Source of the DNA: Eledone cirrhosa
Taxonomy: Eukaryota
NCBI GenBank assembly: GCA_964016885.1
Contig: OZ024740.1
Location: 355,136,001 to 355,200,000 of the forward strand
Length of the DNA: 64,000 nt
Reading direction: 5' to 3'
Within the stretch, counting starts at the first letter, position 1, and the number at the start of each line of letters is the position of its first letter. Positions 31,755 through 54,283 of the stretch are shown one piece after another. Below the pieces are notes generated by a model. The model saw only the letters and a program-made list of their open reading frames with translations. It did not search any database and was not told where the DNA came from. Position numbers and translations under genes: made by a program.

Positions 31755-32807
31755 CTCTCTCTCTCTCGTCTGCGACTTCACAGAACTTATGTTTAACGAA
31801 TTCGCAGACCAGACCCCTTCTTCCTCCTGTTAGACCTGTGCGAAATTCCTTCCTTGCTCACATTTCAACCAGGTTTGATGGTCTTTATTCTCTCGTTCAC
31901 GATTCCACCGAATTTATATTCATAGAAATCTGGGACTTGTTTCCTTCTTCCTCTCTTTCTGCTGCTTAAACCATTTTGTTTGTTTACCCTAGCGTCCCCT
32001 TTATTTACGTGTCCCAACGACTTTTTTTAGCCGTTGCTCGCACCAACCTGAGATATATGGCCTTTAATGCGACGAAATGCCTACGACGGTTGGATGGCCA
32101 CTGATGAGGACAAACTTTTTCATATGTAACCCATTTGCAGCGCCGCAGCTCCATTATTATCATATTTACACATATATTTTTTCCTCCGCTGCCACCAGTC
32201 TGTTTCGTTCTTTGTGTCTTTACCCTTTCTAGCAGTCTCTCTCTGTTAACCTCTTCCTCACCTTTCACTCACTCACTCTCTGTCACTACCTCTCCTCCTC
32301 CCCTTTCTTCCTTCCCGTTTGACCTGTCCACAATCCGTTTCTCGCGGGCATTTGGCCAAGCCGGTATGAATTTTTTTTTTTCTTTTTTTTTTTTCTTCTC
32401 TCTCTCTCTCGTCTGCGACTTCACAGAACTTATGTTTACCGAATTCGCAGACCAGACCCCTTCTTCCTCCCGTTAGACCTGTGCGAAATTCCTTCCTTGC
32501 TCACATTTCAACCAGGTTTGATGGTCTTTATTCTCTCGTTCACGATTCCACCGAATTTATATTCATAGAAATCTGGGACTTGTTTCCTTCTTCCTCTCTT
32601 TCTGCTGCTTAAACCATTTTGTTTGTTTACCCTAGCGTCCCCTTTATTTACGTGTCCCAACGACCTTTTTTTAGCCGTTGCTCGCACCAACCTGAGGTAT
32701 ATGGCCTTTAATGCGACGAAATGCCTACGACGGTTGGATGGCCACTGATGAGGACAAACTTTTTCATATGTAACCCATTTGCAGCGCCGCAGCTCCATTA
32801 TTATCAT
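31755..32807. repeat. Direct duplication (643-bp period) of an unclassified element
   Basis: 31767-32165 is near-identical to 32410-32807. Confidence 0.85.
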
Positions 32808-32884
32808 ATGTACATACATATATATATATATTTATTAAATAACAGATTAAAGTTTAAGCAAAGAATCGGTGCTTTCAATTTTAT

Positions 32885-33600
<716 letters not shown>

Positions 33601-34168
33601 ATATATATATATATATATATATACATATATATATACATACATATATATATACATACATATATATATATTTATTAAAATAACAGATTAAAGTTTAAGCAAA
33701 GAATCGCTGCTTTCACCCTTAACGGGATCTTCTGAAACTAACAAAGTCAATCTGTAAACGCAGAAGTGGATATTTCAAAAAACGTTGCAACCGGAGGAAG
33801 ACAGGAAGACGATACTTTGGTACGTGATAACGTTCGCTGGCAAAGAACGGGAAAAAACGAATATAATACGTCATTAATAGGAGCGGTGAAAAACAATTAC
33901 GCGCAAAGACAGAACCACGTTTATGGTATAAAAGAGGTCGCAGACTAATGTTCTCTTAGGTGGTTCATAGAGACGTTCTCTGGCAATGAACGAAAAAAAC
34001 GAAGATAATACGTCATATGTGGATCGTGGAGAACAATAGCACGCAAAGACAAAACCACGTAAATGGTATAGCAGAAGTCGTAGACTAAAATTCTAACAAG
34101 GAGACCGAATGAATCTCCGCTACAGAGTTAAGAACAAAGTAAATAAATACAATACAGAAGTATGTAGG

Positions 34169-34368
34169 NNNNNNNNNNNNNNNNNNNNNNNNNNNNNNNN
34201 NNNNNNNNNNNNNNNNNNNNNNNNNNNNNNNNNNNNNNNNNNNNNNNNNNNNNNNNNNNNNNNNNNNNNNNNNNNNNNNNNNNNNNNNNNNNNNNNNNNN
34301 NNNNNNNNNNNNNNNNNNNNNNNNNNNNNNNNNNNNNNNNNNNNNNNNNNNNNNNNNNNNNNNNNNNN
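34169..34368. other. Assembly gap (200 N)
   Basis: Run of N. Confidence 1.
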
Positions 34369-35227
34369 GTGAGTTACAAACGAAACGAAATTTAATTTCG
34401 TTTCGTTTGTAACTCACTTTTGTATGACAGACGCTTAAACAATTAAGTTAAAAATGTACATCCACATATGTATACTGAAATACTAGTATGCATATGAATA
34501 CACACACGTATACATATGTAGATGTACCGAGTTTTTCACTGGTCACTTTACTGTGAGTGTCCAGCTATTCTGTATGTAAACACACAGACAAACCAGTATG
34601 ACTATAAAAATCGGTTTGTCTGTGTGTTTATATACAGAATAGCTGGACACTCACAGTAAAGTGACCAGTGAAAACTCGGTACATCTACATATGTATACGT
34701 GTGTGTATTCATATGCATACTAGTATTTCAGTATACATATGTGGATGTACATTTTTAACTTAATTGTTTAAGCGTCAGTCATACAAAAGTGAGTTACAAA
34801 CGAAACGAAATTTAATTTCGTTTCGTTATTTGTTTTTATCGTCTCCGTTGAACCGGTACGTACTCACGCTCTATGCAAATTAGTCTGCCCACTACTAATT
34901 TTCATAGAAAAAGCATATAACGATATGTGCTTTTACGATTCTCTAGAAAGGCCGGAAGATAGGTAAATATTGCTGATGAGATGTAACAACATCGAAACTA
35001 GTTCAATATTCCTTGTCTGGCTTTCTGGAGAATAGAGGAAAGGTGTTTCCTCAAAACCCAGTATGACTCTAAAACCGGTTTGTCTGTGTGTTTACATACA
35101 GAATAGCTGGATTACTCACAGTAAAGTGACCAGTGAAAAACTCGGTATATCTACATATGTATACGTGTGTGTATTCATATGCATACTAGTATTTCAGTAT
35201 ACATATGTGGATGTACATTTTTAACTT

Positions 35228-35228
<1 letters not shown>
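34369..35228 (+). mobile_element. HHR-bearing retrozyme-like element, family F (inverted arm + ~465-bp tandem unit)
   Basis: 34369-34605 is inverted. The direct unit repeats at 34613 and 35077. Second copy at 47798-48613. Confidence 0.88.
34966..35010 (+). ncRNA. Minimal hammerhead ribozyme, type I
   Basis: AATATTG-CTGATGA-GATGT aaca ACATC-GAAAC-TA-GTT-CAATATT. Perfect 7-bp stem I and palindromic stem III (AACTAGTT). Confidence 0.92.
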
Positions 35229-42934
<7,706 letters not shown>

Positions 42935-44094
42935 TTCGTTTCTGAATTTGTTTAGCAAGATTCTTTATCTGAAATCGTGTGTTGAAACCAATATTGTTAT
43001 ACTTTGGGAGGGTCATGTTGCCAATAAGAAACACACGCACCAGTTGCTTTCACTTCAATTTATTATAATAAATTTATAAATTTAGGAATTTATAAATTTC
43101 TGGTTTGTTTGTTGGTTCCACAACCAGATAGTTGTTTATATATTGTCAAAGTTCTTTCGTCACACATTCTGTGACCTCTTCAGTGACTGGGGATTCTTTT
43201 CTTTGTTTGTGTGCCTCTCCTTTGTTCTGTCCTACGCCATTTTGTTTCTGTGTGTGTGTTGTGTGCTCAGTCTGCGCATGCGCCACATCCGGGTGTCTGT
43301 GTGTGTTTATATTTGTTTATTTATTTGTTTATTTACATGTTGCAGGTTGGTTGTTTGTTCTATGTGTGTGTGTGTTTTCATTTTGTCCTTAATTGTAAGT
43401 TGTGATGTTGCTGTTCCACTCATATTTTTTATTTAATTTTGGTTGTAATTCTTTTATGTTTATTGCCTCTGTGATTTGTCTAAACATTGCGTCTTTTCTG
43501 TGTGTAGATTCTATTTTTATTTCTATGTTCTCTAATTTACTCTTATGTTCTATTTTAGCATGTTGGTAGAGTACAGATGATTCTTTACTATCTTGAAGGT
43601 CTCGCCAGTGTTCATTTATCCGTTCCCCTACACTACGAGCTGTATCACCTATGTACACTATATTTTTGTCTCTACATTGTCCTTCAGTACATCTTATGCT
43701 ATACACTACATTTCTAGTTTTACAGTTAATATGGGGGCTTACTTTACAGGTTATACATTTCTTATCTATACAGGGGGGTCTTTGGAAAGGGTATGTCTTG
43801 CTAATAAGTGTTTTTACGGAGGTACCTGGTCTTTCTGCTATCTTAATATTGAGTTTATGTTTATCTAGGGCCCTTCTAAATGTGTAAGCTAATCCACCTC
43901 TAGGGGTTGTATCGATGAACATTACACTCTGGTATTTATTGCTATCATACCATGAGTTTATTCTATTAGCCTTACTCCTAGTTCTTTCTATTCTATTCCA
44001 AAATTTGCTCCTATACAAGGGGCAGGTCCCATTTGTGTCATTATTTACCATTTTTTCCCATTTGGTTCTGGCTCCTCTATACACTCTGATTTTA

Positions 44095-44160
<66 letters not shown>

Positions 44161-44525
44161 GATTGTAACCAGAGAACTGCATGCGGTAGATGAAGTGTTG
44201 TATGTGTCTCTCTAGTTTTTCGGGGTTGCACATGCGGGACACGTTTCTCATCACCCGTACCAAATCCGCAATCAGTATGTTGATTTTGGTATGGTCCGAA
44301 ACAACCGAGTTTCGGTTGATCAGATGTTTGGAAGTCATGGGTTTGGCATAATGGGAATGGAGGATTTGTTTTTTGTTATTAATGGTATCTAACCAGAGCT
44401 CTGTGTCTAGTACAGGTAATCGATGGTTGGGGTGTTTACTTGGGTAGTCTATAGTAACTCTAATACTCTGGTGGATGGAGTTAGCTATTTGCTGGATGCT
44501 TTCCATTGTGTTTTTTTCTAGTTCC
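42935..44525 (-). mobile_element. Penelope-like element 3' half (RT thumb + GIY-YIG + pLTR)
   Basis: Motifs DYPSKHPNHRLPVLD, HYAKPM, MQFSGY, PLYRSKFW, C..C...C...NVVYSIRC..C....YIGDTARS..ER..EH, RQITEA. Interrupted by (TA)n at 44101-44158. Confidence 0.9.
43145..43187 (-). ncRNA. Hammerhead ribozyme in the PLE pLTR (family E)
   Basis: GTCA-CTGAAGA-g GTCACA gaatg TGTGAC-GAAAG-aa-CTT-TGAC. Confidence 0.85.
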
Positions 44526-44724
44526 TGACTCACCAAAAAACAAGCAGATAGACTAAAACGAACACTAATTCTAAACATAAAAAAGAAGATCTATAGAGAA
44601 TTAAGTTATCAAGAAAAACATAAGCGTAACCTAATACAAGAAATAGCTAGGATCACCACACCAAGAGAGAAACTAATATTTATAAGCCTTATACGTCCTG
44701 AAGAACAGTACACTGCACATATAG

Positions 44725-44916
44725 CAAAAAGGGGGTGTGAGGAAACGGTGGTAATGATAATAAAAATAAAAACATGATCAAAATAAAATTAAAATGGGGT
44801 AAAACAGGTGGTGGAAGGGTGTGGGGCGTGTAGGGGTGGTGGCGGGTGGATTGGGGAGAGGGAGACGGGGTGTCCGAGCGGGGAGGGCTGAAGGTGGTGT
44901 GTGTGTGTAGGTGTAC

Positions 44917-44947
<31 letters not shown>

Positions 44948-46880
44948 AAAGCAAGGGTTGGGGGAAGAACGGGGTTGCATGTTCAGGAAGAGGTGTGTGT
45001 GGGGTGGGGTGTAGGTGGAGTGTGTGTGCGTGTGTGAATAGAGGGGTGGGGGGAGAGGAATCCGGAGACTGAATATGTAAATATGTGGTGGAACGCACGT
45101 GTGTGTGGTGTTTAAGCGTGTTGTGGGTGTAGGTGGCGTGTAAGAAAAAAAAAAATTTGTTGGTGTGTGTGTGGGTGAGTCATGAAGGCGATTCCGTAAG
45201 ATGTGGTGGAAAGGTTGGTAAAATCCTAGGATGGTAGTTGATTCCGCGGTCATGGTCCACATACGAGGAATCCGTGAAGAGATGGTCGGAAGAGGGAGAT
45301 GTGGGTTGCGCGCGGAACAGGAAGTGGTCAAGGCAGTAGGAGTGCTGTGTGTCTGTGTGCTGGGAGGTGGTCAGAGGGCATAGCAGCAGTAGGGTGGAAT
45401 GGTAAAGGGGCGAGGATGGGTAGGTGTGAAAGTAGGAGTGAGGAGGTTGTGTGTGTGTGTATATTAGTAGAGGTGTTAGTGGGATGAGTGAGTGTTGGAG
45501 AAAGGGTGTGGGAGGAGCGGGGAGAGAAGGGTGTGGGGGTCGATGGAGGGAGTGTGGTGTACTGGTGTGTGTGTAGTTTGATGAAGGGGGTGTTAGTGGG
45601 TGTTAGTATACAGGAGGTGGAGAAAGGGTTGAATGCGGGTGTGAGTGGGGGTCAGTGGTGGTAGGGTGTGTAGAGTTGGTGGTGTAAGAGAGTGTGTGTG
45701 TACGTGTGCGTGGGGTTGGGGGGGGGGGGTGTTAGTGATGTTAGTTGCGTGTAGGGTGGGTGGTGTAAGTGCGTGCGTGTGTTCGTGTGCTTGGGGTCGG
45801 GGGGTGTTAGTGATGTTAGTTGCGGGGTGGTGGGGTGGATGTGCGGGGGTGAGGGTTAGTGGTGGTAGTAGGGTGTGTGTTTAGTGTGAGCGCGTGTATA
45901 TATGTGCCGGTGGGTGTGTGTGTGTGATAAGCTGGGGGGGGGGAGAAGGGAAGGATGTTAGTATGTTAGTTGGGGAAGGGTGGACGGATGAGGGGTGGAG
46001 TGGAGGTGTTAGTATTGTTAGTTGTGGGGTGGGCGGTGAAAAGGAGGGGGTGTGTTAGTGGTGTTAGTGGGGGATATGTGTGTGTGTGTGGGTGGGTGGG
46101 TGGGGGGGGGGGGGGGGGGGGGGGGGGTCGAAGGCTAAAGGAATAAGGGTGGGGAGTTCAGGCTGGGGGAAGTGTGGGTCTGTAAGATGAAGATGGTTCT
46201 TTGTTCAACTCTGAGGAGATTGGCGGGTGTTCCGTGGCATTGGAGTAGGCCACAGACTGAGATGGCGTGCGGAATGTCCAGGGGCACCAAAGTGGCGGGC
46301 GATGGGGGAACTACCACCGAGACGAATATCCCGGAGGTGCTCAATGAATCTGTCCGCCAGGCGACGTCCCGTCTGTCCGACGTAAGTCGCGCTGCACTCC
46401 GTGCAGCGAAGTCCGTAGACTAGGTTGGAGGAGGTGCAGCGGAAGACATGCCGGACAGAGAGAGTGGCCGTTGGGACCCTGGAAGGTGGTGGTGTTGGTG
46501 ATGTGGGGACAGGTGTTGCAGCGGGGCCTAGAACAGGGAAAGGAACCGGGGGAGGGTAAGAGAGCGTGGGTTGGGGGGTAGGGAGCTGTGGACGAGGAGG
46601 GTGCGGAGATTGCGTGCGCGATTGAAGGAGGGGAGGGGTGGGGTTGGGAAGGTGTGGGAGGTGGAGGGTCGGACTGGAGGCGTCGGATGGTGCGGTGGAG
46701 GGGTAAGGTGGAGGGGTGGTAGGTGATGGGGAAGGGGAGACGGTGGTGGGTGTGCGGTGGCGTGGGGTGAGGGTGGTGGAGCGGTGGACAGCACGGGCGC
46801 GGGTGAGAGCGGTGTGGACGAGAGAGGGGCGGTAACCTCTGCGGATGAAATGGCTGACTAGGGAAAGGGCCTGGGACTCG
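44725..46880 (-). mobile_element. 3' part of the Neptune-like PLE family (GIY-YIG + long C/A-rich 3' region)
   Basis: 46406-46878 closely matches 18562-19038 and continues into [13 protein letters not shown]...YVGQTGRRLADRFIEH. Assignment of the downstream GT-rich tract (44725-46130) to this element is tentative. Confidence 0.8.
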
Positions 46881-46891
46881 AAATATATATA

Positions 46892-46960
<69 letters not shown>

Positions 46961-47351
46961 TTTTAGTACAACATAGACGAAGCTCTAGTATACGGCCAAG
47001 CTGGCGTGTATGCATATTCGGTCTGTAGCTTTAGCACTCAGATGAGGTAAGACCCCAGAGTAATAACATTATGTTCAGACAGCTTAACAAATCAGATATA
47101 GCAGTCGGCAGTCCGACCGCACTACCAGAGCAACGAAAATACAGGACCCAGGAAAAGATTTTTTACTGATCTGGACATAACGCTGAGGCTGAGTGTAAAA
47201 TATATAACCCACATGGTGTTTCCACAATATAGGTTGCAATATCGCACGCAACGACAGCGCTAAGTTTCTGCAAATCCATGTTCGACAAATTCCTATTGCA
47301 GGAGTCTGCAATATAATGGTTTTTGACGACAGAACATAGGATTTACTTCTT

Positions 47352-47405
<54 letters not shown>

Positions 47406-47554
47406 TATATATATATATGTATATATAGATATATAGTATATATAGATATATAGTATATATATATATAGTGTATATATATATATATAGTATATATATATAT
47501 ATAGTATATATATATATAGTGTATATATATATATATAGTATATATATATATATA

Positions 47555-47652
<98 letters not shown>

Positions 47653-47797
47653 GTATATATATATATATAGTGTATATATATATATATATAGTATATATAT
47701 ATATAGTGTATATATATATATATATATATATATAGTGTATATATATATATATATATATATATAGTGTATATATATATATATATATATATAGTATATA

Positions 47798-48613
47798 TAA
47801 AAACAAATAACGAAACGAAATTAAATTTCGTTTCGTTTGTAACTCACTTTTGTATGACTGACGCTTAAACAATTAAGTTAAAAATGTACATCTACATATG
47901 CATACTGAAATACTAGTATGCATATGAATACACACACGTATACATATGTAGATGTACCAAGTCTTTCACTGGTTACTTTACTGTGAGTAATCCAGCTATT
48001 CTGTATGTAAACACACAGACAAACCGGTTTTTAGAGTCATACTGGTTTTCGAGGAAAGACTTTGTACATCTACATATGTATACGTGTGTGTATTCATATG
48101 CATACTAGTATTTCAGTATGCATATGTAGATGTACATTTTTAACTTAATTGTTTAAGCGTCAGTCATACAAAAGTGAGTTACAAACGAAACGAAATTTAA
48201 TTTCGTTTCGTTATTTGTTTTTATCGTCTCCGTTGAACCGGTACGTACTCACACTCTGTGCAAATTAGTCTGCCCACTACTAATTTTCATAGAAAAAGCA
48301 TATAACGATATGTGCTTTTACGATTCTCCAGAAGGGCCGGTAGATAGGTAAATATTGCTGATGAGTTGTAACAACAACGAAACTAGTTCAATATTCCTTG
48401 TCTGGCTTTCTGGAGAATAGAGGAAAGGTGTTTCCTCGAAAACCAGTATGACTCTAAAAACCGGTTTGTCTGTGTGTTTACATACAGAATAGCTGGATTA
48501 CTCACAGTAAAGTAACCAGTGAAAGACTTGGTACATCTACATATGTATACGTGTGTGTATTCATATGCATACTAGTATTTCAGTATGCATATGTAGATGT
48601 ACATTTTTAACTT
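47798..48613 (+). mobile_element. HHR-bearing retrozyme-like element, family F, copy 2
   Basis: Inverted arm 47798-48058. Direct unit with a 467-bp period (48064/48531). Flanked by (TA)n. Confidence 0.88.
48351..48395 (+). ncRNA. Minimal hammerhead ribozyme, type I
   Basis: AATATTG-CTGATGA-GTTGT aaca ACAAC-GAAAC-TA-GTT-CAATATT. Confidence 0.92.
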
Positions 48614-48616
48614 ATA

Positions 48617-48674
<58 letters not shown>

Positions 48675-48727
48675 TATATATATATATATATATATAGTGT
48701 ATATATATATATATATATATATATAAA

Positions 48728-48875
<148 letters not shown>

Positions 48876-49418
48876 TAGTGATTTAATTAGGGTGGTTAAC
48901 GTCTTCAATCTCATCGGTCATGAAGGACCTGTTGAAGGTCAGAGACACAACGCGTTCTGACAAATCAAAAAGGGACAAACAGTCGAAACTAGATCCTAAT
49001 TCGCTACATGTGAAAATGTCAGTTTCCTTTGATCAGAAGGTTTATCTACTAAGAATACATATTCCGTGGAGATTTCGAGAAGCTGTGGTGGATGTTGCAC
49101 GAGAGTGTGCTGAGGCTGCTAGATTTATGATATTTCTGGATGATAAACAAATGCAGTCACCATTTGTCAGTTATGCTTTCCGACAGCTCGTCTCTACTCA
49201 ACCTGCTTTCCTGTGTAAAGTGAAGATTGAGGAGAGTTGCTAGGTATATAGAATGCTGTTAGTCACATCTGTAACTGGCTAGACAGTGTGGTCGGTGGAT
49301 CGACCAATTTATACTCAATACAGAAACAAGTACTAAATATCGATAAACTTTTATGACAGTTAAATACTGGTGCATCAGAAATAAATTACCTCCCACCCCA
49401 AACATACTCTTATATATA

Positions 49419-50076
49419 TGTAACGGAATTCTCCTATAAATTACCCGGCGAAGATTCGAAACCGAATCTAAGAGTTCTCGCATCTGAGAACTTTATAGGG
49501 AATTTCCCACGATTGTCCTGTCAAGAAACAGGATGATAAACGTACATACCACTTGACCTGTGACCTCAGCTTCCCGAGAGACAATATCCACATGGCTGAT
49601 CATAAATCAACCTCATATGCACATCTTTCTAACTATAACATTATTATAAATACAAGGGCTTTAGGCACCCACACAGAAAGAGTGATAACACAGACGAGAG
49701 AAGAAGGTTCTACTAACACTGTGAAATTTCTCTTCGCGAAAAACCAGTCTGTTTGCTATTTTCTCACAAACCATGCCTGCTTGAGAGATTGACCACTACT
49801 ACTACGACAACACACAGTAAGTTTAATTTGTTTACTGCTATGCTTCACCTATTCTTTCGTCTCCCTGCCATATTGTATCTGTAAGATACAACACTACTTT
49901 TACTCGTAGAAGCTAGAGTCAGCTAATCAATGTAGGGATAATTCATGTCATAAATATTATTACTCGATGTTCAAATTGAAAATCGTTATTGTAAAATAAA
50001 CATTGTTAACAACACAATCCTGGCATTAGTCTTTTCATCAAACTACCATACAAAGAATATCATCTTATCCGCTACA
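49419..50076 (+). mobile_element. Solo LTR (probably Gypsy-type)
   Basis: Termini TGTAACGGA...TCCGCTACA (TG..CA inverted ends) with TATA on both flanks as a candidate 4-bp TSD. Internal TATAAATA (~49645) and AATAAA (~49995). Confidence 0.65.
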
Positions 50077-50086
50077 TATAAGTATA

Positions 50087-50275
50087 TAATTGTTTCTACT
50101 TTAGGCACAAGGCCAGCAATTACCCAGTGCATTACTGGTACTTTATTTTATCGACCCCGTAAGGATGAAAGGCAAAGTCAACCTCGGCGGGATTTGAACT
50201 CAGATCGTAAAGGGGTGTAACTATGCTGGAAAGCATGGCGTCCGACCCTCTACCGATACTGCCAATCCACCACCC
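50087..50275 (-). mobile_element. tRNA-derived SINE (same family as 1940-2133)
   Basis: Reverse complement of the SINE consensus. Confidence 0.85.
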
Positions 50276-50299
50276 TTGTATATAATATAATGAAATATT

Positions 50300-52010
50300 G
50301 TGTACAGTGCTCAGGTGCACTACAACTCATCGAAAAGTGTATGTATAGTACATAGGGTAATGCACAAACGTCAGGAAAATGAACAGTGCATGAGTCATGA
50401 TATACACATGTGTGTATGTGTATGGAAGGAGGACATCAGGTGTAGTTTTGGCGAATTTTGGGAAGCATGAGGGTTTTAAAGGATGCAGTGTCTCGGCAGC
50501 TAACAACTGACGCAGGCAGTTTGTTCCATGCTTCAGCAACTCTGAGCGTGAAAAGATGTTTCCGAAAGTCATGGGAGCTGTGCTGTTTTCTGATTTTGTA
50601 GGCATGTCCACGTGTGTTAGACACATGGAGATCAAAAAAGTGCTCAGGGTTGTTGTTGGCGAGATGGTTAATAACTTTGTGGGTGTTTACCAAGTCCATT
50701 GCCAGACGTCGGAGCTTCAATGAATCCATGCCCAGGGAAGCAAGGCGTTCAGAGTATGGTAGGTGTGTGATGGAGGGTATGCGCTTGGTTGCACGTCTCT
50801 GAACAGTTTCCAGGAGGTCAATGTTCTGAGCAAGATAGGGGTTCCAGACTGATGATGCAATTTCCAAGTGTGGTCGTACCATAGCTGTATACAACTTTAA
50901 ATAGATGGCTGGAGAGCGGCTAACAAAGGTCTTGCTGAGTGATGCCAAGACACCCTCGGCCTTCTTGACAATCTTAGAGACATGCTTTGTCCAACGCAAA
51001 TCGCTGCTGACAGTAATGCCCAGGTCACGTTCACAAGAGGACTTCTTGATATCAGTGTTGTGGAGGGAGTATGTGAACGCTGGATTTTTCCTCCCAAAAT
51101 GCATGGTGGTACACTTGTCCACAGCCAGCTTCAGTTGTCAGTCTGTGATCCACTGCTGCATTGTGTCCAGGTCTGATTGTAGGAAAGAGTTGTAGGTTTC
51201 AGGATCAGTCGTTTTGATTTCAAGGTACAGCTTGATGTCATCTGTATATTTCAATACCCTGGCATTCTTTAAGTTAGTATCTATGTCATTAATATATGCC
51301 ACAAACAAAAGGGAACCAAGAACAGATCCCTGTGGTACACCAGATGACATCTCATATGGTGAAGAATGCTGTCCTAGAACCGTGACTACCTCTTTTCGGC
51401 TGAGAATGAAGGATTTCAACCAGTTAAAAAGATCATCCCTCACACCCAATGCAGAGAGTTTTGCCATAAGTCTTTTGTGTGGCACAGAATTAAAAGCCTT
51501 AGCGAAGTCAAGGTAAACAACATCCACCCATGAGCCGCTGTCAGTGATCCGGGTAATGTCTTCAAGGTATTCGATAAGCTGATCACAGCAGCTGGAGTTA
51601 GGGATAAATCCAAACTGCGATGGTCGGATGAGGCTGTGAGAGCTCCAGAAGTTCCAAAGTGTTTCTCTGACACAGGATTCCATCAATTTGGCCATACAGC
51701 TAGTAAGACTGACTGGACGATAGTTGACAGGTGACATGCGGTCGCCCTTTTTGAACAGGGGAATGACACTGGCAGTTTTCCACTGCTCCGGAGTAGCACC
51801 ATTGTTGAGACAGTATTGAAAGAAGAAAGAAAGCTGGTGCAAAAGGAAGTACCCGCCACGTTTGAGAAGCAGGTATGTAACACCATCAAGACCAGGGGAG
51901 GCATAATTGCGCTTATTCTTAAGGTGACGTCGCAACATTGCAGGTGTAAATTCCATAGTTGTTATGTTAGATAATATCTTTAAAGTATCAAAGGGACGAG
52001 TTTGCAACCT
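50300..52010 (-). mobile_element. 5'-truncated CR1-group LINE (RT), in-frame TGA at 51138-51140
   Basis: Motifs SPGLDG, NYRPVSLTS, QFGF, YLDFAKAF, GVPQGSVLG, YTDD, RDLGI, VRPHLE, VQRRATK, TRGH, WNKLP. Confidence 0.92.
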
Positions 52011-52012
52011 AG

Positions 52013-52600
52013 TGTAGTGACCTACATTCCGCGGGCTCACATACATTCTCTGTGCGTGATTTGGCTCAGTTCAGCCAATCAGCGCCAGTAGAAGAGGATG
52101 TATCCCTACGCGCCCTGAGGAAGAAATTCCCGCGAGGATTTGAAGAATCTCTCTCTTGTACCGGGAACTTCGAGCCAGTAACACGCATAATGTAACGGTG
52201 AGATTTTGCACCCTAGCCTCGCCGGCTTAACGGCGCAATGGCAATGGCACATTCCCTTTTGTAACCTCTTTTTATCTGTAACTTCAACCATATAAGTTAA
52301 CAAACATTGTTTGTGCTACATCAAAAATAAACATACATTTCATCTCTAGTTTCTGCTGTTGAAATCATTATTATGTTACTCGTGTCTCAATAACATCTAT
52401 AATCCATGCTGCTGGAATTGGCGACCTGACGAAGGGAATATTGTAAATACTAAGATGGTAAATAGATCGAGGGACCTTCCTTCACGTCTATGTCGACAAG
52501 ATAATCCAACGAGGATACTATCACTTACCACACTGGCAACTAACGACCTTCAATCATCTACCCTGTTAAAGTGGCGACCACGACTAACCATCCTGCTAAA
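52013..52600 (+). mobile_element. Possible LTR-element remnant
   Basis: Starts TGTAGTG, has AATAAA at ~52326 and PBS-like TGGCGACC at ~52419 and ~52572. Boundaries are unclear. Confidence 0.3.
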
Positions 52601-54159
52601 CTAGTTTCGATTTTCGGTTAAATCTAATATATTTCATTTACGCTCTTAAAGCCTTCCGGACAAACATTTCCTCACCCAAGTAGCTTATCCCGCCACTCTA
52701 TAAATGTGTGATCTTGTACTTGAATAACACATTATCATAATTGACACAAGGCAATACTACGGGAAGGAGAATTCGATTAAAACTAACGCACTATTTGATC
52801 TCAGAATGACGAAAACAAAGTCGACAACAACTATAGATTACAAAGGATGTATTTAAATATTGTAAGGCATTTTATTCTTCATTCTGCCTGGTATTTCATT
52901 ACAACTATTATAGTAGTCATTTGAGTTGATAATATGTACTATGCTTTCGCTGAGAGTTTTAAATACCCATGAGGTGGTGAGCAGACACTGACATCCCCTC
53001 AATCCTCACGCATATGATCTAGAGGAATATCCAAAATGTAAGACCTAGAAGGAGGGAAGGCTACACCAGCACTGGGCTAGTACTTTCTTTATCGACCCCC
53101 CCCCAAAAAAAAAATGGACCTTGGCAAGGTTTGAACTCAGAATGCAGACACCCAGAACAAATATGCAACGCTTTAACGACTGCCAAATCGACCGCCGGTC
53201 TTTTGATAATGTAGCACAATAACACTGCAGAGGAAACTTCTCCGTAAAGCAATAGGCATAATCACAGCTAAGCGGTTAATGAAGTTTGATTCTCAAATGC
53301 GGAGTTCCACCACACATCACTTTCGGCTTGTCTTGAAAAATAGACTCAAGATAACTATAAAGCAATTGTTAAACTTGCTTTCTTAAAACAATTTTAATCA
53401 CATATTTCACAGTGTTCCATATAAACTATATAGGCGGCGAATTAAGAGAGTCATTAGAACGTCGGATAGAACGCTTTGCAGTATTCGTTCTGGCTCTCTG
53501 CGGTCTGAGTTCAAATGCCACTGAGATAAACTTTGCTTTTTATACATTCAAGGTCGGAAAAAAAAAATACCAGTCCAGTGCTGCGGTCGATTCTTCTCTC
53601 TCTCTCTCTTTGTCGCTACGGCATCTCTACGACACAAACTATGCTAATTTGTTAAACAATTATAGAGAGGGGGATATGAATTTAGAATCAAATAGTCTTT
53701 TTAAATTGTTTTTTTTTCCATAATGTTTAATTTAGTTTGAAATTTCATTAAAAAAACTGAGATTGAAATATCTAATGCACTCATAATCTTAGCTTATGAA
53801 CATATTTCAATTAGAATATTTTTTATATTATAAAGAGGAAAAAAGAAGAAATAATGAAAATAAATTGAAGGAGGGGGGGGGGGGGGGGCAATTTCTGTAC
53901 CCCTGTTTAGGCAGATTATATCAGCTACACAGTGTGGAAAAGATGGTAAAAGCATCGAGGCAGAGAACATTTAGTGATATTCGTTGCATCAACCATTCCA
54001 CCCCACAGAGCTCCTTGCTGAAGCGGAATGCACCTTTCTCAATTTTAAGGAGGAAAACTGCAGTCAAGTTCCGGTATTTAGTAAAGAAGTAAAAAAACAA
54101 ATGGAAAAGAAAAGAGAGAAATCGGGTCGAAATTTTCATTAATGTGTTTAGATTCTTAC

Positions 54160-54283
54160 CATAGCGACGATTGTCGGAGATGCCAAAATGGAGGACAAGC
54201 ACCAAATCATGGCAATGATGATGTAGGACCGTTTCTTTGTGCATTTGTATTGAGCTTTGAGAGGGTGGCAAATGGCGTAATAT
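54160..54283 (-). CDS. GPCR exon D: ICL2 + TM4
   Basis: Acceptor tttcattccAG, donor GTAAGA. Translates (R)YYAICHPLKAQYKCTKKRSYIIIAMIWCLSSILASPTIVAM. Splicing to exon C gives ISLERYYAICHPL, typical of peptide receptors, plus TM4 W and P. This frame is absent from the ORF track. Confidence 0.9.

Noticed and set aside
32095-32130. CTGATGAG as a hammerhead core (also ~32745 and ~1010)
   Set aside because: There is no stem II followed by GAAA and no complementary stem I.
33690-33740. Minus-strand CAGAAGA-CCC/GGG-GAAAG HHR-like motif
   Set aside because: The core is altered and no convincing stem I or cleavage triplet is present.
44698-44720. CTGAAGA-CAG taca CTG as an HHR
   Set aside because: It lacks GAAA and stem III. 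44530-44715 may instead be an inverted PLE ORF fragment.
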